Source: Candidatus Woesearchaeota archaeon (GTDB lineage Archaea; Nanobdellota; Nanobdellia; Woesearchaeales; UBA583). From it: 41,384 nt of DNA. Shown here in pieces: positions 18,026-28,323 of this stretch. Position 1 is the first letter of the stretch. Each line of letters begins with the position of its first letter. Below the pieces are notes generated by a model, which made no database searches, was not told the DNA's origin, and worked only from the letters and a program-made list of their open reading frames with translations. The translations under genes and the position numbers were made by a program. The stretch spans positions 1 through 41,384 of the forward strand of contig JBLKOJ010000005.1 of assembly GCA_047602745.1 (NCBI GenBank). Direction: 5' to 3'.

Positions 18026-20500
18026 TTAATTTTTTTTATTTTTTAGTTTAAGTTCGTTTCTAATTAAATTTTTAATATATTTATCTATATTTGAATGTTG
18101 AGATTTTATATAATAAATTATACAGTTAGGATGTTTGAATATCGAAATTGAATTATTTAAACGTTTAGGAAGATAGCCATTTCTAGAATTGTTATAAACT
18201 ATTTCTCCAATAATCTTTAAATTTTTCAAAAGAAATTTAGTTTGAATTTTTGTTTTTTCTTTAGGGAATTCATTTTTCTTAATTGAATTTATTAAAGTTA
18301 ACTCATTGATAAGATTTTTTTGAATTTGAATTACATCTTTTTCAATTTCTTTTTTAATTTTTTTATATCTTGACGATAATTTTTCTAACTGAAATATTGT
18401 TTTATATTTAATTTCTTCAGGAAGAGTTGAGATGAAATTTTGATTAATTGTACCATCTTTTTGAATATATTCCAATAATTTATTAGAGTTTACTCCCAGT
18501 GAAATTTCAACTAATGAATTATATGAGTGAGATTTCACTTTAACTCTAAGTCCATTTTTAAATCTAATTACTACTCCTTCAAATGTATTGTTCCAAATTT
18601 TTTGTTGAGCTACAATTTCTTCAATTGAGGTGAAATTAGATATTTTTTTAATTATTTCAAAATTAGTTTTCACTGCTTCTTCTTCTAATTGAGAGTATGT
18701 TAATTCTTCTCCGCTTTGAGTATTTATACAGCTTAAAAGGATTAATTTTTGTTCATTTTTATAGTCAATTATAACTTTGCAGTTTGGATGAATAATTTCA
18801 CAAATATATGTAAAATTAGGATTCATTTTAGAAGTATTTATTTTAGATTTTAAAATATTTTCTCCAATCATTGCTTGCATGGAGTTAAGTTCTCCTCTAG
18901 TTGAAATATTCCACCTATTGTTATGATAGAAAATTATTCCTAAAACTCCATCTATTTTTTCAAATACTTCAAAAGATTCTTGTAATGGCAGTTTTTTTAG
19001 TTGTGTTGATTCATTTTCATTTATATTGAAAAATTTTCCAAATGGTCTTGCTACAATTTGATTTGTCAACCTATCAAAAATAATTCCTCTTGCTTGCATT
19101 GTATATGTATTCCAATATTCTTCATATATTGTTTTTTGAGTATAATTAAATAAAATAAGGTTATTTCTTTGAGAAGATTTTACATAACCCTGGCGTTCTA
19201 AAATTTTAAAATGATTAATTAAATTTTCTACAAGATTTGAACTTAAAAATTCATCTCTTTGATAATATGTTTTTTTAGCGGGGGTTGAAATAATTTCAAT
19301 TTTTTCAATTTCACAATTTAGAGTTTGAACAATTGCACCTCTAAGTTCTCCTCCAAACACACAGTAACCATCAAGTCCATAAAGATTTTTAGTGATTTGG
19401 GTATTTTGAACTTCTTGATGTCCAAAAAATAATCTTGGTTTTTCAGAAGTATAGTATTCATACCACTTTTTATCTCCAATAGTATTAAATGAATGAGTTA
19501 TAGGATTAAATGTTCTTGCAAAAAGAAGGTATTCTTTAGGTTGCCTAAATAAAGATTTTTCAGGATGAACTCCTGCATGAAGAACATAGTTTTTTTTAGC
19601 AATTTGAATCATAAAAGGTAGGGAGTCTAAATTTTCAAGTAATTTTTGATTATAAGTGAAATCGTATTTAGGAGATTTTTTGTCTAAATTGCAGTCTTTA
19701 ATGGTAACTTCTAAACCATGCGATATAATAATGTTATTTCCTCGTAAATATTTTTGTATTTTAAGTTCATGATTGCCTCTTACACTATAACAATGAGGAG
19801 AATATTTTGAATTGAAAAAAAATTCTAATACTTCTTTAGATTTAGGTCCTTTATCAACTAAATCTCCAACACTTACAATTGCTGTATTTTCAAGAGAATA
19901 TCCTTTAGATTCAAACTTATTTAGTAGTTCTTGAAATTCATCAAAACAGCCATGAATATCTCCAATAACTAAAAATTGAGAGTATTTATCACTAATATCT
20001 AAACAATAGGGATCAAAATCATGAATATTTATTAGAGAATGACATTCATCTATAAGTGGGGGTTCATACTCTTGTAGTGTTCTATATAGAACTTCTGAAG
20101 CTTCTTGATATGTTGTAGGATTAAATGTTAGATGTTTAGATTTTTCTTTGACTCTTTTTAAAATATTGTTGACACACTTTTTAAATGTAATATTTAAGTT
20201 AATCACTATTACATGATATTTACTATTAAAACCAATTGTTGTATAGTTTTCTCTTTGTTTTTGAGTATGATTAGTTCTATCTATTATAATATTTTCATTT
20301 TTATCGATTAATTGATTAAAAAGATCTAAATGTTTTTTTCTTCCTAAATTATCTTGGGAAATGATGGTATATTTTTGATTTGATATTTTTATCAACTGAG
20401 TTGCAAAAGTTGATTTGCCACAGCCTTGTAAACCTACTAGAATGATTAAAATGGGTTTTTTAATTGATTGTAAAAACATATTTAATTCCGAGATTTCCAT
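18026..20500 (-). CDS. trifunctional polynucleotide kinase / metallophosphatase / RNA-ligase-like protein (Pnkp-like RNA repair enzyme)
   Basis: P-loop GLQGCGKST (aa 23-31). Metallophosphoesterase motifs GDIHG (180-184), GDLVDKG (212-218), GNHE (242-245), HAG (308-310), GH (360-361). Ligase motifs KIDG (515-518), FTYICEII, EGVVI, RVKVKS, preceded by RGIIFD..ARPFGKFFNINE. Confidence 0.75.
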   Translation of the reverse strand: MEISELNMFLQSIKKPILIILVGLQGCGKSTFATQLIKISNQKYTIISQDNLGRKKHLDLFNQLIDKNENIIIDRTNHTQKQRENYTTIGFNSKYHVIVINLNITFKKCVNNILKRVKEKSKHLTFNPTTYQEASEVLYRTLQEYEPPLIDECHSLINIHDFDPYCLDISDKYSQFLVIGDIHGCFDEFQELLNKFESKGYSLENTAIVSVGDLVDKGPKSKEVLEFFFNSKYSPHCYSVRGNHELKIQKYLRGNNIIISHGLEVTIKDCNLDKKSPKYDFTYNQKLLENLDSLPFMIQIAKKNYVLHAGVHPEKSLFRQPKEYLLFARTFNPITHSFNTIGDKKWYEYYTSEKPRLFFGHQEVQNTQITKNLYGLDGYCVFGGELRGAIVQTLNCEIEKIEIISTPAKKTYYQRDEFLSSNLVENLINHFKILERQGYVKSSQRNNLILFNYTQKTIYEEYWNTYTMQARGIIFDRLTNQIVARPFGKFFNINENESTQLKKLPLQESFEVFEKIDGVLGIIFYHNNRWNISTRGELNSMQAMIGENILKSKINTSKMNPNFTYICEIIHPNCKVIIDYKNEQKLILLSCINTQSGEELTYSQLEEEAVKTNFEIIKKISNFTSIEEIVAQQKIWNNTFEGVVIRFKNGLRVKVKSHSYNSLVEISLGVNSNKLLEYIQKDGTINQNFISTLPEEIKYKTIFQLEKLSSRYKKIKKEIEKDVIQIQKNLINELTLINSIKKNEFPKEKTKIQTKFLLKNLKIIGEIVYNNSRNGYLPKRLNNSISIFKHPNCIIYYIKSQHSNIDKYIKNLIRNELKLKNKKN

Positions 20501-20699
20501 TTTTTTGAATATATATTTGAAGTAGGATATTTTATAGATTGAACCTAGTATTAAATATTTTAGTTTTTATTATAGTTAATATATTTCCATTTAAAATTTA
20601 ACTAACAAATAACAAACAGGTGTTGTTTTTAAAAAGTGGGGGCTAAGTTTTTTTATTTTTGAGTAACAATATAGTCAATCTATAAGAAGTAACAAAACA

Positions 20700-20708
20700 T
20701 TTATAAAT
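20700..20708 (+). promoter_or_regulatory. TATA-box-like TTTATAAAT 27 nt upstream of the ATG at 20735
   Basis: Read in the sequence. It argues against the GTG start at 20711 listed in the ORF track, which lies only 3 nt after the TATA. Confidence 0.4.
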
Positions 20709-20734
20709 GTGTGTATACTACTATATGTAATAAC

Positions 20735-20899
20735 ATGGGAGATTTGGACTATGAAAATGAGTATTTGGCTCGTAAAAAAAAATTAAGGAAATTGCATTCT
20801 AGCTTGAAAAATTCCAGAGAAATACAGGAAATATACCACAAAATTATGGGTTCTCCTGAAAGTGGTGAAAGTGGAGATGATATTGATTTAGAAGATTAA
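20735..20899 (+). CDS. small (54 aa) hypothetical protein with acidic C-terminus
   Basis: ORF with an in-frame ATG at 20735 placed at leaderless distance from the TATA. No recognisable motif, so its coding status is uncertain. Confidence 0.35.
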   Translation: MGDLDYENEYLARKKKLRKLHSSLKNSREIQEIYHKIMGSPESGESGDDIDLED

Positions 20900-20968
20900 A
20901 AGAATGTAGTTTGTTTTAACTTTCAAGTTACTCGAAAATTATATTATGAATTATTTTAAAATAATCTT

Positions 20969-23900
20969 ATGAATTATTTAAAAAGTTTAATTATAATGAT
21001 AATTATTTTATTATTATTATCATATAGTTATTCTCAATTTGCTTCTACTCAAACAGTATGTTGTTACCAGAGTCAAGATAGCGACCAAAGTGGTGTCATA
21101 AGAACTGCATTTCATTCTAATTGTCAAAGTAGTGGTGGAATTAGTTTAGGAATTCCAAGTTCAGAACATTCTCTAGAAACAGGAAATGTGCAAGGAATAC
21201 CTACTAATTGTGGACAATTAGTGGTGGATAATGGAAGAGAGTGTGTTCTTAGCACAGGTGAATTAAACTCCAACAGATTTTTTTTTAATTTTAACGGTCA
21301 AAATTATCCTTCTGTAAATAGCTGTGTAGAATTTAGAGAATGTTCAACACAAGGATGTAGTTGGCAAGGAATAACTCCCTCAACTCAACAACCCACTATT
21401 GGGGATGCAAGACCTAGTATAGGCGGAGATTTAGATTTCGATATGGTTGATGGAGATTTTATAGAAGAGGGTGGTATTAATTTAGGATTGAGTCCTTTTT
21501 CCACAAGTTCTATGAGCAGTTGTTATGAATCTATAGGGCCTTTTAGAGGATCTTTAATGTCTCGAACCATGTGTGAGAGAATAGGCACTGATTGTGTATA
21601 TGATCCATTAAGAGTTGGGATTTTAACTCAAAAAGTTGGAGATTATGATGAAACAGAAATTTTTTCAGATTTTAATAGAGATACGATGTGTGTTTCAAAA
21701 ACAAGTTCTATTAGGATGTGTGAGGGAATTAATTCAAGAGTTGTCTGTGAGAATTATCAGTCTAGACTAAATCCAAATGAGGGTTCTCTCATGCAAATTT
21801 ATGGATGCGAATGGAGGGAATTAAATCAATTGCAGGGAACTTGTATTACAAAAGATTTGTATTTTGAAAATTTAGGGGATGTAAAGAGTAAGTCTATTAA
21901 TGTTACAAGTGCTATTAGACGAGAAAATTTTGTTAAAAATCCTGTGTTTCAAGTAAGAAGTGGTTCAACTCTAGATTTTTGGAATGGTTCAGGTTATCAA
22001 ATTAGGTCTACTCAAAATTTTAATTATTTCTTAGGTGAAACTAGTGTGTTTTTCCCACAAGAAGCTGGTTTTATTGAACAACAAATCTCAGCAATACCCG
22101 TAAATTCTAATTTAGAATTGAAAGTATTTGTATCGGGTTCTGTTGTGAATGTATTTTTTGACGAAGAGTTTATACCTAATTTAGAATATGAAGAGGGAGA
22201 TTTTAACCCTTATTTAGTTTCAAGGGGAGAGTTTAATTCAGATATAAAAGTATTAAGATTTGAAGTGCCTAATTCTGTAGAAACTGCCAATAGAATTTTA
22301 AGAATTGAACCTACTGGAAGAACTAAGATTTTTGGAGTGAGTTTAGCACTTATGTCTGGAGATTTGAGTTCAACACTTCAAAATCCTGTTCAAGATATAA
22401 ATCACTTCAGTTCTTTTCCTCCAAATTCATTTAATTGTAACATATGTTCACAAGGAATTTTTGCGGGCCTTTGTAGTGAACAAACAATGAGTCAATTTGG
22501 AAATTGTGAGTTAATTTCTCAATCTTTTGATACTCCTTATAGAACTGGACTTGAGAGCTCCATTAATCCTTACACCACTTCAAGGGGGATGGCCAATATA
22601 TTTTTAGAGGAGGATATGGTGTTTTGCGGCTTGTATACTTCAAGAAGTAGATGTGAAGGAGACAACAAATTAAATTCTCAAATATCTAAGTATCACTTAA
22701 ACCAAAATGGACTTTGTAAATGGATATCTAATCCCTCCTACCCCAACGGAGGGACTTGTGTTAAAGATTCAACAGGAGATGGTAATCCCGATACATTTAA
22801 TAATGGTGGGCGTTTATCATTTATTTCGTCTTCAAGTGGAGCATCAATTATTGACAATTATAATTTTCAAACTGAACATACGTCATTAAATGATTTCCAG
22901 TTAAGTTGTGATTCTTATCCACCATCAATATACATAGAATTATATAAATCTTACATAGGAGATGACGCAGAGTTGAGAACCGATAGAACTTCACTTCCTT
23001 TAGTTTCAGAAAAACCTGGAGTTATAAGATATGCAGTTGTAAGAATTGAAAATCAAATCTCTCCTGCATGTAATGTGTTTGAAAATTTTAATTCAACAGT
23101 CAGATTAATATTAGAATTAGATGGACAGAGAATCTTGACTCCTTTAGCAACTTCTCTGTTTCCAGAATATAATGGTGCTGAGTTTTTTCAAACAGTTTAC
23201 ACAAACGAAGAGTTTAGAAGCAAATTTGGTGCTATAGATTTAAATACTCTTGACAATTTTATTTCAAGAGGTACAATTAGGGCAATTGATAGTTCAGGAA
23301 ATGTTCAAAAAAACAGAGTAAGTTTAAGAGGAGGTAAAGGGATTGAAGATTTTATGTTTGAATTAAAGACTGAACCTCAAACATATGAATTATATTCTTT
23401 CTCTAAGTTGTATTTAGATAACATTCAAATGCCTATTGAAGTGAGTGATTTACGTGAAACGTGTTCAGTAATTCTTGCAGATTTGGACAATGATATGATA
23501 ATTGGTCAATTTGATAACATATCTCTTTTAGATCTTAGAGATGAAGGATTTGAAATAGGAGCTAAGTATAGTGCCTACGCTAATCAAGAGAGAAGATCCG
23601 ATTTTTTTAATATTTCTTACCAAGTTTCTTGTCAAAATATTTTTGACCAACATCATTCAGTTGCTCAAAATAGGATTTTTTCAACTAGAGATGAGTTAAT
23701 TATTTTATCTTTTGGTTCTGAGGAATTACGAAATTCTGATAATGTTCCTTTTTTTGATTTAAATTCTTATGAATTAAACTTAGAGTTTAGGGCTTTAGAA
23801 GGAGTTTCATGTTCTCTTATGACATTGGTAGGAGACTCCTCTGTTGAAGCATCAGTTGATGCAATAATTAAAGAACCTGTAGAACTTAGTTCTCAAATAT

Positions 23901-26896
23901 CGCCTAATTATAGTACCCATCCTCTGTACTTCAATAAAAATTTAAATTTAGAACCATTTTTACAAAGAGGTGATTCTAGTTATGATGGAACATACAGACT
24001 TACTTTAGTATGTAATTTGCTGAACGATAGACCTTTTGAAAAAGAATTATTTTTTGAATTAAATAGTTATATCCCCGATATAAGTGAGTTTATAATTACG
24101 CACATTGATGATAAAAAGTGGGTTGAAATAAATAATCAAATTTATATTGATGCATTAGGAGAAAATCTACTTTCTTCTGACAACAGCCCTATAAATGAAA
24201 AAATCAATAACTATATTAGAAACAACTTAAAATTAAATTCTCAGGATAGTCAAATTGACTTTGATACTATTAGAGAGATTAAATTGTGTGATATTGAGAT
24301 TCCTAAAAATACTTTAAGAATAAATCAAAATTTATTTTCTTTAACAGAGTCTGCGAATTGCAATGTTTTTTATGATTCTGAACTCTCTTCGATAATATTG
24401 GAAACTCGTTTAGAAATTCAGACTAACTGGGGAACTCTTAATAGTAAAGTAATTCGAACAAATTTAGAGACTAAAGAACCAAATATTAATATAAGAACAA
24501 GAGATGGAACTTCATTTGGAAGATTAATTGAAAATAATTTGTATTATAAAGGAGATAATCCTGAAATTTTAATTGATTTAGGCTTATCTGAATTTAGAGA
24601 GTTTAGTTGTGATATCACACCTATTGTAAATGGATTTTATCTAGATTCTTCCTCATTTGAATCCTCAAGTTCTTCTATGAGATTTACTCTTGCACAAATT
24701 CTCACCTCTGATGCTATGAATAATCTAGATAATATTGATATTCAAATGGAATTAGAATGTATTGAGCATATATTTAATAAAAAATTAAATCTTGAAGTCT
24801 CTTTGATTAAAGATGAGATTATACCAGAAATTGAGTCCATTGAATTTATAGGTTTAGGGGATAATTGGGTTTATCCTTCCCATGGAACGCCTCAAATAAA
24901 TAGTGATATTCAAATAGATTTTTCAAGAACAAATAATTTTGTAAGTTGTCAAGTTTTACCAGTTTTTGATTCAAATCCAATTGCTCAACATGTAAATATT
25001 AAGTCAGTTAAAGGTAGAGATACAAGTTCTTTGGTTTTAGAAGATGTATTGACTTTAGTAAGAAGAAATAATGATTTATCTCCTTTAGTCTCATTATCAA
25101 ATTCAAACGTTATAAATAATGTAGATTTTTATGTAAGTGTAAGATGTGAAAATGGGGCAGGAGGAGTTGGCAAGAGAAATTTCTCACAGTATTCATTAAA
25201 CTTGTTTGATTTTGGAAGTGTTAATGTTAGAGGCAAATTAAATAATGATAAGAGGTTAAATCTTGAAATTGATACGTTAGCAAATTTAGGTTCTTCAATT
25301 ATTACTATTAGAGATAGAAATTCAGATTCCATCCTCTTTAACGGGCCTTTGAGTTCTTTGAATTCTGAAATCTCAACTACTGGTTCAATTAACAGATATT
25401 TTATAAGGGGGATTGATATTGAAGCTCAAGATTTAGAAGATTCTCCCTCATATCCGTTAAATATTGAGTTTATAATTGGAGAACAATCACTAAGCACAGA
25501 TTTTAATATTTTAGTAGATAATACAAATCCTGAAGTTTTTATTAATTTAAACTCTAATGATGATTCAGTAGTATTTGAAAATTTTATTTCTGGAGAAATT
25601 ATAATTAGAGAGTCCCCCGAGTTTTCAAAAGGAATTTCTGAATTAAGTATTCAATTTAGAAAAGGCTCTGAGGTAATTTCAGAAATTATAGAGATGAATT
25701 ATAATGATCTATCTTACTCTATAGCACTTAATGAAGTTGAAGGTTTTCAAGAGTTAGAGGTAGGTTCATATTCAATTAGAGTTTCTGCAAGAGATTATTT
25801 TGGAAATCTAAATATATCGACTAAAGAGTTTGAAGTTAGTGATGAAATATTTATAAGTTTACTCTCAAGTATAAATGTGGGACTTTATGATTTTGATCCA
25901 AGTACTTGGTATACAATTAGTGAGTTTCCTGTTTTATCATTTGAATCGACTCGAGATCTTCAAAGTTGTTCCTTAATGCCTGGCTCATCAAGAGGCTATA
26001 TAGGAGGAGTTATTCCATTTGAAAATTTAGGTTCAAATGTTTTTGAATTAAATACGAGTGATCATAGGGAACTTTTTGAAATAATTGATGGTAAAAAACT
26101 TACACTAATTTCATGTCAAAGGTCAGATAGAGATGAAGAGTTTAGAGTTGGAGTTAATTTGTATAAAATGAATATTTTACCAGATTATGTTTTATCATTT
26201 GATTGGGGAGTAAATCAAATTATTCCACCAAATAGAAATTCAAGAACCGTAAATTTTTCAGTTATTCAAAAATCTGATTTTAGAGATGTGAGTTGTAAAG
26301 TCAATGTTAGAGGACAATCGATAGATAAAAATCTTGACTTAGTTTCTTCAACAGGCATTGGAAATTTTAGAGGTTCTGTTGACCTACCTGCTGGAGATTA
26401 TATGTTCTTTTTAGAGTGTATGAATCCTGTTGAGCAAAATGGAATTGTAAAATCTTATAATGTAAATATTGCTCAAGAAGCATTTAGAATTGATATTATA
26501 TCAGTTGAACACACAGGACTAGGATTTAAAAATGATAAGTTAAATTCAAATGTTGTTGAGATTCCAAGTCAAATTTCAACTCAACCGAATAAAGATTTAA
26601 AAGTTAGATTTACAAATAATAATCAAGCTGAAATGATTTGTACTATTGATACTACTAAGTCTGGAGTTGTAAATTTCCTCATTTCATTATTTAGAAATAC
26701 TAGAACTGCAACTAATGTTATATTGCAGGGTGTTTACGAGGGCATTGTTGAAATTGATGAAACTACAAATGAAATCAGAATTGAATGTAGAAATGAAGAT
26801 GGAAGATTTTCAAGTAGAACGTTTAGATTTCCTATTGAATATATAGACTCTTCCCAATACTCGATTGGACAAGTAAATGTTGAGGGTGAGAGATAA
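20969..26896 (+). CDS. giant (1975 aa) secreted/surface protein with repeated Cys modules and a possible CBM-like jelly-roll; function unknown
   Basis: Uninterrupted 5.9-kb ORF in an AT-rich genome. N-terminal signal/anchor LIIMIIILLLLSYSYSQ. Two similar Cys modules at aa 251-296 and 553-600. No C-terminal TM. Confidence 0.8.
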   Translation: MNYLKSLIIMIIILLLLSYSYSQFASTQTVCCYQSQDSDQSGVIRTAFHSNCQSSGGISLGIPSSEHSLETGNVQGIPTNCGQLVVDNGRECVLSTGELNSNRFFFNFNGQNYPSVNSCVEFRECSTQGCSWQGITPSTQQPTIGDARPSIGGDLDFDMVDGDFIEEGGINLGLSPFSTSSMSSCYESIGPFRGSLMSRTMCERIGTDCVYDPLRVGILTQKVGDYDETEIFSDFNRDTMCVSKTSSIRMCEGINSRVVCENYQSRLNPNEGSLMQIYGCEWRELNQLQGTCITKDLYFENLGDVKSKSINVTSAIRRENFVKNPVFQVRSGSTLDFWNGSGYQIRSTQNFNYFLGETSVFFPQEAGFIEQQISAIPVNSNLELKVFVSGSVVNVFFDEEFIPNLEYEEGDFNPYLVSRGEFNSDIKVLRFEVPNSVETANRILRIEPTGRTKIFGVSLALMSGDLSSTLQNPVQDINHFSSFPPNSFNCNICSQGIFAGLCSEQTMSQFGNCELISQSFDTPYRTGLESSINPYTTSRGMANIFLEEDMVFCGLYTSRSRCEGDNKLNSQISKYHLNQNGLCKWISNPSYPNGGTCVKDSTGDGNPDTFNNGGRLSFISSSSGASIIDNYNFQTEHTSLNDFQLSCDSYPPSIYIELYKSYIGDDAELRTDRTSLPLVSEKPGVIRYAVVRIENQISPACNVFENFNSTVRLILELDGQRILTPLATSLFPEYNGAEFFQTVYTNEEFRSKFGAIDLNTLDNFISRGTIRAIDSSGNVQKNRVSLRGGKGIEDFMFELKTEPQTYELYSFSKLYLDNIQMPIEVSDLRETCSVILADLDNDMIIGQFDNISLLDLRDEGFEIGAKYSAYANQERRSDFFNISYQVSCQNIFDQHHSVAQNRIFSTRDELIILSFGSEELRNSDNVPFFDLNSYELNLEFRALEGVSCSLMTLVGDSSVEASVDAIIKEPVELSSQISPNYSTHPLYFNKNLNLEPFLQRGDSSYDGTYRLTLVCNLLNDRPFEKELFFELNSYIPDISEFIITHIDDKKWVEINNQIYIDALGENLLSSDNSPINEKINNYIRNNLKLNSQDSQIDFDTIREIKLCDIEIPKNTLRINQNLFSLTESANCNVFYDSELSSIILETRLEIQTNWGTLNSKVIRTNLETKEPNINIRTRDGTSFGRLIENNLYYKGDNPEILIDLGLSEFREFSCDITPIVNGFYLDSSSFESSSSSMRFTLAQILTSDAMNNLDNIDIQMELECIEHIFNKKLNLEVSLIKDEIIPEIESIEFIGLGDNWVYPSHGTPQINSDIQIDFSRTNNFVSCQVLPVFDSNPIAQHVNIKSVKGRDTSSLVLEDVLTLVRRNNDLSPLVSLSNSNVINNVDFYVSVRCENGAGGVGKRNFSQYSLNLFDFGSVNVRGKLNNDKRLNLEIDTLANLGSSIITIRDRNSDSILFNGPLSSLNSEISTTGSINRYFIRGIDIEAQDLEDSPSYPLNIEFIIGEQSLSTDFNILVDNTNPEVFINLNSNDDSVVFENFISGEIIIRESPEFSKGISELSIQFRKGSEVISEIIEMNYNDLSYSIALNEVEGFQELEVGSYSIRVSARDYFGNLNISTKEFEVSDEIFISLLSSINVGLYDFDPSTWYTISEFPVLSFESTRDLQSCSLMPGSSRGYIGGVIPFENLGSNVFELNTSDHRELFEIIDGKKLTLISCQRSDRDEEFRVGVNLYKMNILPDYVLSFDWGVNQIIPPNRNSRTVNFSVIQKSDFRDVSCKVNVRGQSIDKNLDLVSSTGIGNFRGSVDLPAGDYMFFLECMNPVEQNGIVKSYNVNIAQEAFRIDIISVEHTGLGFKNDKLNSNVVEIPSQISTQPNKDLKVRFTNNNQAEMICTIDTTKSGVVNFLISLFRNTRTATNVILQGVYEGIVEIDETTNEIRIECRNEDGRFSSRTFRFPIEYIDSSQYSIGQVNVEGER

Positions 26897-26898
26897 TA

Positions 26899-27714
26899 AT
26901 GGTCTTAAAATCAAAAAAGTTTAATCAAAAAAATAAATCTTCTTCTAATTTACATCTCTCTTCTAAAATTACTTCTTTAATCAAAGTAGATAATATTATT
27001 AAAGAATATAAAATAGGGAAAAATACTCTAAGAGTATTAAAAGGAATTTCTTTTGAAATATTTGAAGGAGAATTTCTTGCAATTGTCGGGAAGTCTGGTT
27101 CTGGAAAAACTACCTTAGTAAACCAGATAGGTTGTCTAGATACCCCTACAAAAGGAGAAGTATATATAAAAGGAAAAGGAATTAGAAAATTAAGTGAGAG
27201 TGATTTAGCAGTCTTAAGAAGAAGAACTATAGGGTATATTTTTCAAAAGTTTAATTTAATTAAATCTTTGTCAGCTCAAGAAAATGTTGAATTACCAATG
27301 ATATTTTTTGATAAGTCTAAACGATATAGAGCAAAACGAGCAAGAGATTTATTAGAACAATTTGATATGGGTGAAAGATTACTAAATAAACCTACGGAAC
27401 TCTCGGGTGGACAGCAGCAAAGAGTAGCTATTGCAAGAGCATTATCAAATAATCCAAGTATTATTTTAGCAGATGAGCCAACAGGAAATTTAGATTCAAA
27501 AACTGGAAAAATTGTAATGGAGTATTTACAAAAACTCAATTCTCAAGGAAAAACAATCATTCTAGTAACACACGATGATTCTTTAGCTAAGCAAGCACAG
27601 CGAGTAATTACTCTGCATGATGGAGAAATTATTAGTGATGTTAAGAATTCTTCAAAAAAGGTTCTTAAAACAGTTGATGAGAGAATAGAAGAAGAAGTTA
27701 AACATCAAAACTAA
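26899..27714 (+). CDS. ABC transporter ATP-binding protein, MacB/LolD/FtsE-like (COG1136 type)
   Basis: Walker A GKSGSGKTT, Q-loop IFQKFNL, signature LSGGQQQRVAIARAL, Walker B IILADEPTGNLD, H-loop LVTHD. The ATG lies 2 nt after the giant gene's stop. Confidence 0.9.
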   Translation: MVLKSKKFNQKNKSSSNLHLSSKITSLIKVDNIIKEYKIGKNTLRVLKGISFEIFEGEFLAIVGKSGSGKTTLVNQIGCLDTPTKGEVYIKGKGIRKLSESDLAVLRRRTIGYIFQKFNLIKSLSAQENVELPMIFFDKSKRYRAKRARDLLEQFDMGERLLNKPTELSGGQQQRVAIARALSNNPSIILADEPTGNLDSKTGKIVMEYLQKLNSQGKTIILVTHDDSLAKQAQRVITLHDGEIISDVKNSSKKVLKTVDERIEEEVKHQN

Positions 27715-27732
27715 ATAGTTAATAAAAAATCA

Positions 27733-28323
27733 TTATTCTAAAATAGAATGTTTTTCATTTCCTAGACACACTTCTCTTGCGAAATCTCTTCTCCAGTTAT
27801 GTTCTTGAGTACTTCTAAATTCTATTTCTAATAAGTTTTGTTCTTCTAATTCAATAAGTTCTTCATTTCCAAATCTTTGAGGATAGAGCATATATTCAAT
27901 AGTTTTAGTTTGACCAGCTGAGATATCCATATATTGGATATTACTAAATAACCCATACTCAATGTCATATAGAATTTGAGGTTCAAGTTTTGATGAAAAT
28001 ATGAGTTCTTGATTTTGTGAATTATTTATACAAATAAATACATGTTCAATTTTAACTTTTGTAGGAAGTAATGAATTCATGTTTGTGAATTTTATTTCAG
28101 CGACTTTTTGACCTTGCCAATTTATATCTTCTAAAGAAGTATTGATTTGAAACTTAAATGATGTAAATTCTCTATCTACATTTGAAACTGAGCTTATTGA
28201 GATTAATATTATAATTAAAATTATAACTAAGATAAGTAATATTAAAGGAAATATTATGGGGGAATTAGTCAAAAATTTATCTTCAACTTTATCTGATGTA
28301 ATATGACTGTTTTTCTTATTCAT
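27733..28323 (-). CDS. single-pass membrane protein with about 150-aa extracytoplasmic domain, hypothetical
   Basis: TM IIFPLILLILVIILIIILISI near the N-terminus. Its start overlaps the upstream stop (ATGA). Confidence 0.5.
   Translation of the reverse strand: MNKKNSHITSDKVEDKFLTNSPIIFPLILLILVIILIIILISISSVSNVDREFTSFKFQINTSLEDINWQGQKVAEIKFTNMNSLLPTKVKIEHVFICINNSQNQELIFSSKLEPQILYDIEYGLFSNIQYMDISAGQTKTIEYMLYPQRFGNEELIELEEQNLLEIEFRSTQEHNWRRDFAREVCLGNEKHSILE

Noticed and set aside
20711-20734. GTG start for the 62-aa ORF
   Set aside because: The GTG lies 3 nt after a TATA-like box and would fall upstream of any transcript start. The in-frame ATG at 20735 is at leaderless distance.
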